Shown one piece after another: positions 54,367-64,000 of a stretch of 64,000 nt of DNA (its first letter is position 1; each line of letters begins with the position of its first letter). This DNA comes from a virus (taxonomy: Duplodnaviria > Caudoviricetes): positions 96,001-160,000 of IMG/VR virus record IMGVR_UViG_3300011008_000004; one strand, written 5' to 3'. Below the pieces are notes generated by a model, which saw nothing but the letters and a program-made list of their open reading frames with translations, was not told the origin of the DNA and did not search any database. Both the position numbers and the translations under genes were made by a program.

Positions 54367-54822
54367 TTAAATATTCTTTAATTCTTCAAATGCTTTTATA
54401 TCAATTTTAATAAGTCTTAACAATTGTTGAATATTTGTTAAATCATAATTTTGAAAATATAATGTTAAAACTTTTGATATTTCTAATGCTCTTGCATGTT
54501 TTAAAAATAATTGTTTGTCATCTGCTCTTCTACTAAATAATAAAATTTGATTTAGCATAGCTGCTAATGTTGTTAAAGCTTCATTCGGATCTTCAACTTG
54601 TTTCATTATATTAGTGTATAATTTACTTTTATTTTTATTATGATTTTGTCTTATTCTTTCATAGAACGCTATAACATCTAATTGTCTATGATCATTTATA
54701 AATTTTATAACATCTACTGGAAGTTCTTTAGACTTATATAATGTCTAAATTTGTGTAGTAGTATCTATGCCATTGTTTTCAATTTCAGATAACAATAACA
54801 ATAAATCATTTTTAGTTATCAT
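54367..54822 (-). CDS. Hypothetical protein (one TAG)
   Basis: MITKNDLLLLL... behind AAGGAG; in frame with ORF 54367-54606. Confidence 0.65.
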
Positions 54823-54868
54823 GTGATATATTTCTCCTTTCGTATCACGAATTGGTTTTTAATTATTT

Positions 54869-56794
54869 TTAGAAATTACTTGAATCAGTAAAATCTAAAT
54901 TTAAATCAGCTGGTCTTGGAAGTGGTTGAATTGAGTCATTAGTTTCAACTGGCCCTTCTATTTCAACTGGTTCTTCTATATTTTCTTCAGGTTCAGACCC
55001 TATGTTATCAACAACTTGATCCATAGGCTCATCTATACTCATATTTAAATCTAATGAATCATTGTCGTCTACATCACTAATCTCATTAGTAGTATCATCT
55101 TCAGATTTAGGTTCTTTTTGTTCTTCTTTTTCAGCGGCCATAGCATCTATAGCGTCTTGAATAAGCTGCATTGCTTCACCATCATTAACAATGCCTGACA
55201 ACAATGTTTTAGTAATCTGTAATTTAGTAACTTCGTCTGTAATGCCTTCTAATAATTGCATAACATCTCTTGTAACAGATACTTTATTCTGTAAGTTACT
55301 ACGTCTATCAACTTCTTCTTGAGTTGTAGGTGCTACCATATGTAATTCAAATTTATTTACGTATTCAGTTAAACCAGCGTCTATACACATTAAGTTTATA
55401 GCATCTGTTAATGCTTGCATTAAAGCATTTTGATTATGTTTAACTGTCTTAGCATATCTACTTGATTGTAATGCTAATGAAGATCCGCCATTAAATCCTG
55501 CAGCATCATCAGTATCACCTAAGAATTGTTTAGGAATTTTTATACCTGCGTATAATTTATTCTTAAAATAGTTAATATCATCTAAGCCTTTAACGTTAGG
55601 ATCACCGCCAATTTCTTTAGTGTCAATATTTCCTACGCCACCATGTGTAGGAATATAAACGTTATTTTCAGTAGGACCAGCATTATTATATTCAGTTAAT
55701 GAACCACCAGCATTTATAGCTGTTTTTTGCTCCATTAAAGATTTAATACCTTGTAAGTGTGGTCCAACATTTTCTTTTGGCATATCACCTACTTCAACTT
55801 GAATAACTCTTACAATAGATGATTTAGTTACTCTGTTAAGTAGCATTGAATTTTCAAGTAAATTCATTTCACGCCATATTTTATATTGTGAATAAAATAC
55901 TGATTGACCACGTTTTACAGTGTAGTTTAAATCTTTTCCTTGAGTACCATCTAATTGATCATTATCAGGTATAAAAATACTAACTTCTTCAGGAGTTCTA
56001 GTTGTATTATCTTCTAAAACGGCATGAACAAAGTCTCCTGCTCCGTGTAAATCAACGTCATTTTTATTGAATCTATATTTAAACATTGAAGAATACATAC
56101 CTTCATTAGCTCTTAAATCAGCATTAGTGCTATTTAAGTCAGCTTCTACGTAAGCGTATGTTTTACCATGTTTAACTAATTCAAATATTTTTGCAGGATT
56201 AGGCTACATTTCAACATAACCAGTGTAATGATCATTGGGTGAGTATGCAATTATATTTACGTTTTCATTTAATTGTTTTCTTTCTTCAACTTTATTACCA
56301 AATAATTCATCATCTTCATAATCAGATTGTCTATATAATCTTAAGTATAGGTCACCGTATTTACATAGACTTAGCATCCACTTGTATGCATTCTTATCAG
56401 CATTCATTGTGTCTAATAAATATGTTACATATTGCGTTACGTTGTCATCTGCGGATTCACACCAAATTATTTTACCGCTGTCATTATATTCAGTACCGTC
56501 TTGTGCGTATATTTCTAAAGCTGAAGCAATACGACTATCTTCACACATAGTGTCAATCATTTGATACATCTAGTCTCTGCGTTGAGATACACTAGTAAAA
56601 GACTATATAGAACTAATATCTAAAACTTCAGTTGATCCTTCATTTACAATATTAGTTAAAATAGTATTTTTAGTATCAATACCTATATTAGCCTAAGGCT
56701 TAGGCATTGCTTTAGGCTTCTTATTATAAATATTTTTATTATCTACAAATGCAGAATCTTTCTCTGTATTTAATACACTGTCGTTATTTGGCAT
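54869..56794 (-). CDS. Portal protein (T4 gp20-like, 641 aa, 3 TAG)
   Basis: LCKYGDLY, LLENSMLLNRVTKS, VEVGDMP, DDINYFKNKLYAGIKIP; TAGs at 56693, 56570 and 56204. Confidence 0.88.
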
Positions 56795-56807
56795 TTAAAT
56801 TAACCTC

Positions 56808-58826
56808 TTATAAAACGATAATACCTTGAGATAAATACGCTCTATTCCAATCTTCTTCACTTATCTCTTCTTTTTCTTGAGCAATGCTATTATACTAACC
56901 CATTGTTCTCTGTAGTTCTTCTTCGAATTGTCTATTCATCTCAGCGACCTAAGATGATTGACTTGCAGAAGAACTTACTTGTTTAATAATATCAAGTGTC
57001 TCACCGTAATCAAATGCATATTGCTCTGCAAATTTGCTAGCTGTGAATACTGATCCACATACTGCGTCGAGTACGTCCTTGTGTCCATTTGCAGGGTGAT
57101 CTACTTTACCACTATTTATATTTCTTTCAATCTAAACAAATTCATCAAATAATCGTTCAGATTTATACATTACAAATCTTTTCTCATACACAGAAGATTG
57201 TAAATACTAATATGGTTTGCATATATGATCACTATCAACTCTATCAACTGATAGAATTTCACAATCAAAACCTTCTGCTATTAGTTGTTGTCCAGTGTCA
57301 TAAGATTGGAATGTATCGTATGTAATTTTCTTTATCTTAAATCCGACATTTTTAAGCCATCTTATAAAATTTCTATTCTTTTCAAATGAAATCTATCGGC
57401 CTTTAGGTGCTTTTATACTTGTACTAAAAGCTAATCTAAAACTTAAATCTCTTGCCTATTGATTTGGATCTGTACTAACTTTTTTACCTATTATCCAAGT
57501 TCCAGCAATACCAGTCATATCCCCACTTACTGACATATCTAAATGAATAAATAAAGGTTTACTCATTAGTTCTTTTGGAATATTCTGCATGTCAAAATAG
57601 TTATAATACTAATCAACATCTTCAGAACCATTACCCGTTTCTATTATGTCTGGAAATGGGTTTTTAAAGTCAGGATTTATAGCTTCTGTAACTCTTTCAG
57701 CTGACATGTACTTATTAACAGATGCACTTGATATACCAGCGTAATCGCATAGCATTCTCTCTAAGTCTTCTAACGCTTTTGCTTTAAAATCTATAGGAGC
57801 TGCTATTACTCTATAACCTTTATCTTTATAGAATTGTATATCAGCATCATTAGGTATAACCAAACTTGCCTTATACTTATCACCTACGCCAATATAAAAT
57901 ATTTCATTACTATATGTGCCTTTAGGTTTAACTTCCCAAACAGGTTTATCTACAACTAAAGTATTACTGCCTTCTGTTTCCTATAATGTTTTTATATACT
58001 CTTCCATAAATGATTGCTCACTACGTTTAGAAGAAGCAACACATAACATTGTAGGATTTTTACCCTCATGAACGAATCTGGTTAACATGCCGCCTATAGC
58101 TGTATCAATCATATTCTTTGCTTTTTCTTTCTGTTTATCTATATCTTGATTTCTAATAAAGCTGATTTCATCAAAAAATGCAAAAAATACAGGTTTACCA
58201 ATTACATCGTCTGCTTGAGATCCAATAACTATATTTATTGGATCAGGAGGAACCCAGTAAGGTTGATTATTTCTCTAAGTTATACTTCCTTTTGACATAA
58301 ACCAAGGAGACATCTATATTGTTTTCTAAAACTTACTAATAGCGATCTCTTCTGATAGCGCTAATTTAATATTCATAAAAGCAAATATTATTTTTTCAGT
58401 AAGTTTTATATGATAATAAGATAATGGATCTTTTAAACACATTAAACGATACATTAAATATGTGCCTACTGCACCACAAGCCACTTCAGATTTGCCAATA
58501 CCACGAGCGCCAGACTCAAGTAATGTGTTATAATCAGTATCTATATTATTAGGAAATAATTTCTTTAATATATCTAACCAAAAAGGATACAACTTTAATT
58601 TGCCACTAGCATCTTTCCAAGCTTTTCCTAAGAATCTATCATCTGTTAGAAATGTTTCTATGTCTACAGGGATTTCTTTAAAGTCGTCATAAAGTAAATC
58701 ATCAAAAGTCTATGACTAACCTTTATCTGACATCTCTCCTAAAATCTACATAACCATAGATTTTTCTTGTTCAGATAAATCATTTAAGTTATTTAATTGT
58801 GATATATCTAGTTCATTCGACATCAT
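56808..58826 (-). CDS. Terminase large subunit (about 672 aa, about 13 TAG=Gln)
   Basis: GARGIGKS Walker A, FAFFDE Walker B, IHLDMS and HKDVLDAV nuclease motifs, all in one frame broken only by TAG. Confidence 0.9.
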
Positions 58827-58844
58827 CGACCTGAAATTCCTATT

Positions 58845-60284
58845 TTAATTTAGTAGTTTCCCAGATGAGTAATATCTATTTATCTTATCTAGTACCTCAT
58901 CAGATGTGTAATCATTATAGTTGTACGTTTTATATTCACCATTTGTTTCAGTATGAATTAATACTGTTTGTTTATTTGAGAACACAAAATCTAACCAAGT
59001 TAACAACGAGTATAATTGAGTTACAGAAGGTTTATGTTTAGGTAAAACTATGTATGGACTTATCCAAGAATCTTTACCGCCTCTGCTTCTAACTCTTATG
59101 CAATTTAATTTAACTTCTAAAAATTGACTGCCATCAGCAAAATCTAAATCTTGATTTTTAATATACTTCTTTTTCATTAAGTATTTATCTATATCTAAGT
59201 GATTGTTTGATTTTAAAAATTCACCTGTAGGTAAAATATAGTATCCACCATAAGCTGGTTTATTTGTTACCTCAAAATTATTTTCTAAATCTTGTAAAAT
59301 AGTTTCATCATCTACTTCGCTTGATAAATCAATCTCATTATAGTAGCTTTCTTTTAATATCAAATCATCTGGATATTTTATGTCATTTACATTTTGAACA
59401 ATTAAAACAGGCTATGGTTTATCATACCCACACAATTCACCTGCAACAATCATTCTATGACGGCCTTCTTGACCATCGTCATTATAATTTAAAAAACAAA
59501 TAGGAAATTTTCTATGATATCTAATTATTACATCTCTTAAATGTTCTATAATATTTTCATCATTTTTAGTTTGCTATATTTGTTTTTCTCTAGTGCTATT
59601 AAATAATTTAGCACATTCATCAAAGTACTAGTTAGGCGTCATCATTATGATAGAACCAATAACACCTTTTCTATCTCTCATATATTTAGCATCATGTAAT
59701 ATATCATCATAATAGCTTACGCCTGTTTTGTTTTTGTCAAATATGTCGCATGACTCCACATTAGAAGCTGAAGTACCATAATCATAAAATTTCTACTCAC
59801 TATCTAAATAAGCTTCATTTTGTGGGACTTTATTTGTTTTAAAATAATACTTTAAATCTTCAATAATAGATTTAATTGAAATATGTTCATAATCCCAAAA
59901 ATCTATTTGATAACCATTTTTATCTGAAATTTGAATTGAAAAATATTGTCTATTGTAACCTAACTGTTTTATAACATTTAAAAGTGTATTATATTGAGCA
60001 TTTGTAGGTTCTAATATCAGTTCGATACCCGGTATTTCTGGCGATAATCTAATATTACCTTTATTCATAAATGCTAATAAACTTTCAGGACCTTTGTAGT
60101 ATAATTCACCATCAAAAGCATCGCATATGGATCTATGATCTATTATACGTCTATTTTGACCACCTGAAAAATCTAACAAAGAGCCATTAATCGTTATAAA
60201 AGCTGCTTTATTAGCATTAGCAGTAGTTCCAAATATTTTTATAGCATTCTATTCTATATTTTCATTCAAATGTATTAATTTCAT
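58845..60284 (-). CDS. Multi-domain hypothetical protein (479 aa, TAG=Gln) with a ParB/Srx-like QEGRHR motif
   Basis: ORF pieces 59793-60179 and 58845-59363 are in frame from ATG 60284. Confidence 0.65.
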
Positions 60285-60330
60285 GTTTTTATTATATAAT
60301 ATACAAAAATTGTGATATACAAAATCAAAA

Positions 60331-60363
60331 GGGAGATTTCAGCACTTTTAGCTAAAATCTCCC
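60331..60363 (-). terminator. Terminator after the holin-like genes
   Basis: GGGAGATTT...AAATCTCCC hairpin with a U-tract on the minus strand. Confidence 0.65.
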
Positions 60364-60393
60364 AAATAATTTCCTAATTAGTTAAAGTGCAAC

Positions 60394-60777
60394 TTATTTA
60401 TTTTCAACCTTTAAAGTATAAATTGTACTTTCAATTAAGCTCTTTAAGTAATCACTCATATCACCAAAATTCTTAGTAATATAATCTATAGCTTCTGGTG
60501 CTAATTGATGTTTTATTTTATTTAAGCAAGCTTCTAATGCTGCTTTTTGAGCATCTTTATCAAACTTACCTTCTTCTTTTAGTTTCTCAACATATGTTTG
60601 ATATGTTTCTTTAACAGCATTTGTTGTTATTGAGACTATATTCGTTAAATAACCAGCTGCTTTTTTATCAGCTATTTTAGTACTTATCCATTGACTAAAT
60701 TTTGTAACTGCTAGTGTGCATAAGCCAGTTATAATAGTTCCTAATGCTGCAAGTAAAATTTGAACAATTTCATTCAT
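60394..60777 (-). CDS. Holin-like protein (LL-H type)
   Basis: One N-terminal TM segment; AVKETYQTYVEKLKEEGKFD...IESTI. Confidence 0.65.
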   Translation of the reverse strand: MNEIVQILLAALGTIITGLCTLAVTKFSQWISTKIADKKAAGYLTNIVSITTNAVKETYQTYVEKLKEEGKFDKDAQKAALEACLNKIKHQLAPEAIDYITKNFGDMSDYLKSLIESTIYTLKVENK

Positions 60778-60792
60778 CTTTCAATCACCTCT

Positions 60793-61209
60793 TTATTTGT
60801 TATTTTCTTTAATAGGTAGATTTTCCATTTCTTCAGCCCAATAATTTACATATTCTTTAAAACTATTTCCACCTAAATTTTCATAAGTTTCCATTAATTG
60901 TTTAAAAGTAGATTTATCACCAATATCGGCATAACCTTGTTTTCTACATCTTTCTAAGATTGCTTTCATATTACATCTAGATTCTAACACGTCACTCGCT
61001 AATGATAGATTAGTCTTTTCCTCTAAAGCATCTATTTTTTTAGATATAAGATCTATCTCTTCTTTTATGACTTCCCTCATTTGCTCTTGTTTTTCAGATT
61101 TAACTCTATCTTTAGCTTTTTTAGTATTAGACTTGATTGCACACCATAGTTCTTTTATGACTAGACTTGCAATACCAGTACTACAAATAATAGTCAACCA
61201 TAGTGGCAT
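60793..61209 (-). CDS. Single-TM membrane protein, holin/lysis-associated candidate
   Basis: N-terminal TM segment, coiled coil, YENLGGNS motif typical of Firmicutes-phage lysis-region proteins. Confidence 0.55.
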   Translation of the reverse strand: MPLWLTIICSTGIASLVIKELWCAIKSNTKKAKDRVKSEKQEQMREVIKEEIDLISKKIDALEEKTNLSLASDVLESRCNMKAILERCRKQGYADIGDKSTFKQLMETYENLGGNSFKEYVNYWAEEMENLPIKENNK

Positions 61210-61254
61210 TGTAATATCTTCCTTTTAAATATAAATTTTATTTAATCTTAATCA

Positions 61255-61842
61255 TTACTTATATAATTTAGCTCCAATTTTAGACGCAGATGCTTCCACC
61301 CAAAAATCATCATAATATACATAAGCGCCATTTTCATATTTTGGAATTTCTATGGTTATCAACCATATAAATATAATTATAAAGTAAGCAGCTATACAAG
61401 CGCCTATTATCTATAAAAATAATAAATCAAATAAAATTCCAAGAATTATGCATGCAGCACTTATTATCCAAAATATGGTACAAAGAATTAATGAATAAAG
61501 TGTTTTACTTCTCTATGTTTTAAACTCTCTGAGCCAATATCTTGTAGCACTCGGTATGCATACTATGAAAGGCATTAAAGGACCTAAAATTATATTCTGA
61601 ATACCGTGTCCTGATTCATGTTGTTTTAAATGTTTTCCAGGATTTTTACAACATATGAAAAAACATCCAGCTTCAAAACCACCCCAATTTTCACCAACTT
61701 CAAAATATATGTTCTAATAAAATCTTTGGGGTTTATGTCCCGTTATCAATAAACCTAAGGCACAAAAACAACCAAATAATGTCATAATTACACCCCAGGT
61801 AAATGATAAAATATAGAATAATATAATTTTAATAGTTTTCAT
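61255..61842 (-). CDS. Multi-TM protein with an HExxH zincin motif (195 aa, 3 TAG)
   Basis: LSFTWG, HLKQHESGHGIQN, YDDFWVEASA; absent from the ORF track. Confidence 0.65.
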
Positions 61843-61858
61843 ATATAATCCTAAAATG

Positions 61859-61886
61859 ATCCTAGAGGCTTTTACACCTCTAGGAT
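61859..61886 (-). terminator. Terminator after the tail fibre gene
   Basis: ATCCTAGAGG-CTTTTACA-CCTCTAGGAT hairpin. Confidence 0.6.
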
Positions 61887-61900
61887 TTATTTATGTTTAA

Positions 61901-63931
61901 TTATTGAATTTCGCCATCGTCTATAACTATATCAATAACTGTATAGTTTGTAGCACCATTTAATTTTACTTTTAATTGATTGTTACCAGTACCATCTGAT
62001 ATATATGTTATATCATCAGCTGCTTTTGTAATAGTACCATTACTATCTATGCTTAAGCCGTTACCATTGGTAACTTTAACAGCTCCAGCTGTTCCAGTTG
62101 AGCCTAAAGCCATTGCAACGACACCATTACTATCTATGCTTAAGCCGTTATTATTAGTAATTTTAACTGTACCTAATGTTGAAGTAGTAGCTTTAAACGC
62201 TGAGTTAGAATGATTAGTCCAAGTAGGTGCTGTATTTGCGCCATTGGATATTAATACTTGATTAGATGATCCACTTCCAACAGGAGCATAAATATTGAAT
62301 CCGCCAGTTATACCTAATTCATAGCCATAACGTCCAGTACCAAAATCATTTTTAGGTGTTAAAGTGAAATTTACATCAGATCCAGTATCTGCAGTACCAT
62401 TTATTTTAATTGCAGGGGCTGTACCATTATATCTAAATTCAGCGACTGGGATTTTTACATCATCAGGATTTTTATCATCTGAATATGCGATATTTAAAGT
62501 CTGTTTATGATCAGCGTAGTCATTTTCAGTAGTTTCTATTTTTGATATACCACGTCCATTGATTATTTTAAATACTTTTGTATCTTTTACATATTTACTA
62601 CTATCATCTTTTTGATCGTACTCAATATCATACTCATTCACACCAGAAGATGCATCATTGTATGTGCCATTAAGTTTAACTTCTTTTATACCACGTCCAA
62701 CAATATTATCTAAAGTTATATCCAAACCAAATTTAAGATTTGCTTCGTCTAAATAAACAGTTGTACTACCTGTAGGACTCCAAAGATTTGTTCCTGGATT
62801 CGCTACATTATATGTTACATCTACATCTCTAGCTATTGGAAGGAAATCACCCCTAGTAAATGAACCAGTTGGACCGGTTGGGCCTGTTGCACCTTGAATA
62901 CCCTAACCACCTTGAGGGCCTTGTGGACCTGTAGCGCCTGTGTCACCTTTTACACCTTGTTCGCCTTGAGGACCAGTTGGACCTTGAATACCCTGAGCGC
63001 CAGACATGTCTGTTAAAAATGCAAAGTGTGCGGTATCTTTATCTAACAATGTGGTATTATCTTTTCTTACATATAATCTACTATTTTCTTCTTGTTCAAC
63101 AGAGTTAGCTATTAGAACGAATTTACCTAGATTCACATTAGCATAATCAGCTTCCATCAATTCAACAGAAGAGTATGTTTTATAAATACTAAATCCTTCG
63201 CCTTTATCACCTTTGTCGCCTTTGGGACCAGTAGGACCTTGATCACCTTGAATACCTTGAATACCTTGAGGACCTTGAGGACCAGTTGCACCTATATCGC
63301 CTTTTTCACCTTGAGGTCCGGTTGGGCCAGTAGCACCGGTAGCGCCGGTATCACCTTTTGCTCCAGGAGCGCCATCTTGGCCAGGAACGCCTTGAATACC
63401 TTGAATACCTTGAGGACCTGTAGCTCCAGTTGGACCTGTAGCACCATCTTGGCCATTTATGCCATCAGCTCCAGCGGGGCCTGTTGGACCGGTTATGCCA
63501 TCTTGCCCATCTCTACCGTTTGTACCAGGAGCTCCAGTCGCGCCTGTTGCACCAGTAGCACCTGTAGGTCCTGTTTCGCCTTGAATACCTTGGCCACCTT
63601 GAGGACCTTGAGCTCCTGTAGGACCAATTTCACCTGCAGGACCTGTTGGACCTACTTCGCCTAATTTTTTCCACTCAAAATTAGTTGGAGCTACAGTTAT
63701 AGCGCTTTGTATAAAATTGTCTAATATATATAAGCAGCAATCCTCTTGAACAGACACTATCATACCTTTATATATAGGATAGTATATGTTACCAGCACTT
63801 ACAACTGCCCAAGTGCTTGCCGAACTAAGATCAGATATACTATTAACAGTTTGTCTAGCGTCAAATGGACTAGCTTGTGTTAAATCATACGAAGTATCAA
63901 TAGTTAGGGCAAATTCATCTAATTTTCCCAT
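61901..63931 (-). CDS. Collagen-repeat tail fibre (676 aa, one TAG at 62903)
   Basis: Gly-X-Y runs; the two ORF-track pieces are in frame; duplicated GLSIDSNG unit. Confidence 0.8.
62869..63654 (-). repeat. Collagen-like Gly-X-Y coding repeats
   Basis: Recurrent GPTG/GPQG/GIQG units in two blocks. Confidence 0.9.
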
Positions 63932-64000
63932 GTCTATATCTCCTTAAATGTTGCGATGTTATATCTACTTTGTAACTATTATGCATAGTTTTAAATTTTG

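Noticed and set aside
62040-63654. Repeats as a CRISPR array or DGR template/variable pair
   Set aside because: They are in-frame coding repeats (collagen Gly-X-Y and GLSIDSNG); there is no spacer structure, adenine-specific variation or reverse transcriptase.
6025-63664. All plus-strand ORFs in the track (e.g. 41605-41916, 53369-53752, 63239-63664)
   Set aside because: They are antisense shadows of well-supported minus-strand genes, with no RBS or recognisable motifs.
23290-63931. Interpretation as a decayed prophage full of pseudogenes
   Set aside because: The interruptions are exclusively in-frame TAG, with no frameshifts or TAA/TGA seen, catalytic motifs are intact, and TAG aligns with Gln in internal repeats.
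1-64000. Suppressor tRNA (CUA anticodon) or other tRNA/rRNA genes
   Set aside because: No cloverleaf or T-loop GTTCRA pattern was found by eye in the intergenic gaps; it may lie outside the window, and tRNAscan-SE is needed to be sure.

Overview
The whole 64-kb window is a very AT-rich segment of a large myovirus-type bacteriophage genome, with essentially every real gene on the minus strand. In transcription order (right to left) it encodes: a collagen-like tail fibre, membrane/holin-like genes, a T4-like head module (terminase, portal, protease-scaffold, major capsid), an inserted helicase/methyltransferase/HNH cassette with its own promoter, putative head-internal and neck proteins, the tail/baseplate module, an SNF2 helicase, and a replication/recombination module (sigma-like protein, DnaC, DnaB, DnaG, SSB, PolA, sliding clamp, RecU, RecA, clamp loader, MT-A70, SbcD/SbcC). 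The supplied ORF track is fragmented because TAG appears to be read as Gln (translation table 15). Reading TAG through fuses dozens of fragments into full-length genes, and two internal repeats align TAG with CAA. In-frame TAGs concentrate in late/low-copy genes and are absent from core replication genes and from the highest-copy virion genes. Several TAG-containing genes lie behind a conserved GCTAAATTA late-promoter-like motif. The most unusual locus is the family-A DNA polymerase, interrupted three ways: (1) split into two polypeptides at a degenerate Hint/intein-like module, with a small HTH gene in between; (2) an 8-nt, UGA-containing hairpin inside catalytic motif A that looks like a miniature ribosomal-bypass element (TCC take-off, TGA, TCA landing, restoring DFSAQEPR); (3) a group I intron in motif B carrying a TAG-recoded HNH homing endonuclease. 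All coordinates and codon counts were derived by hand, and no database searches were run.
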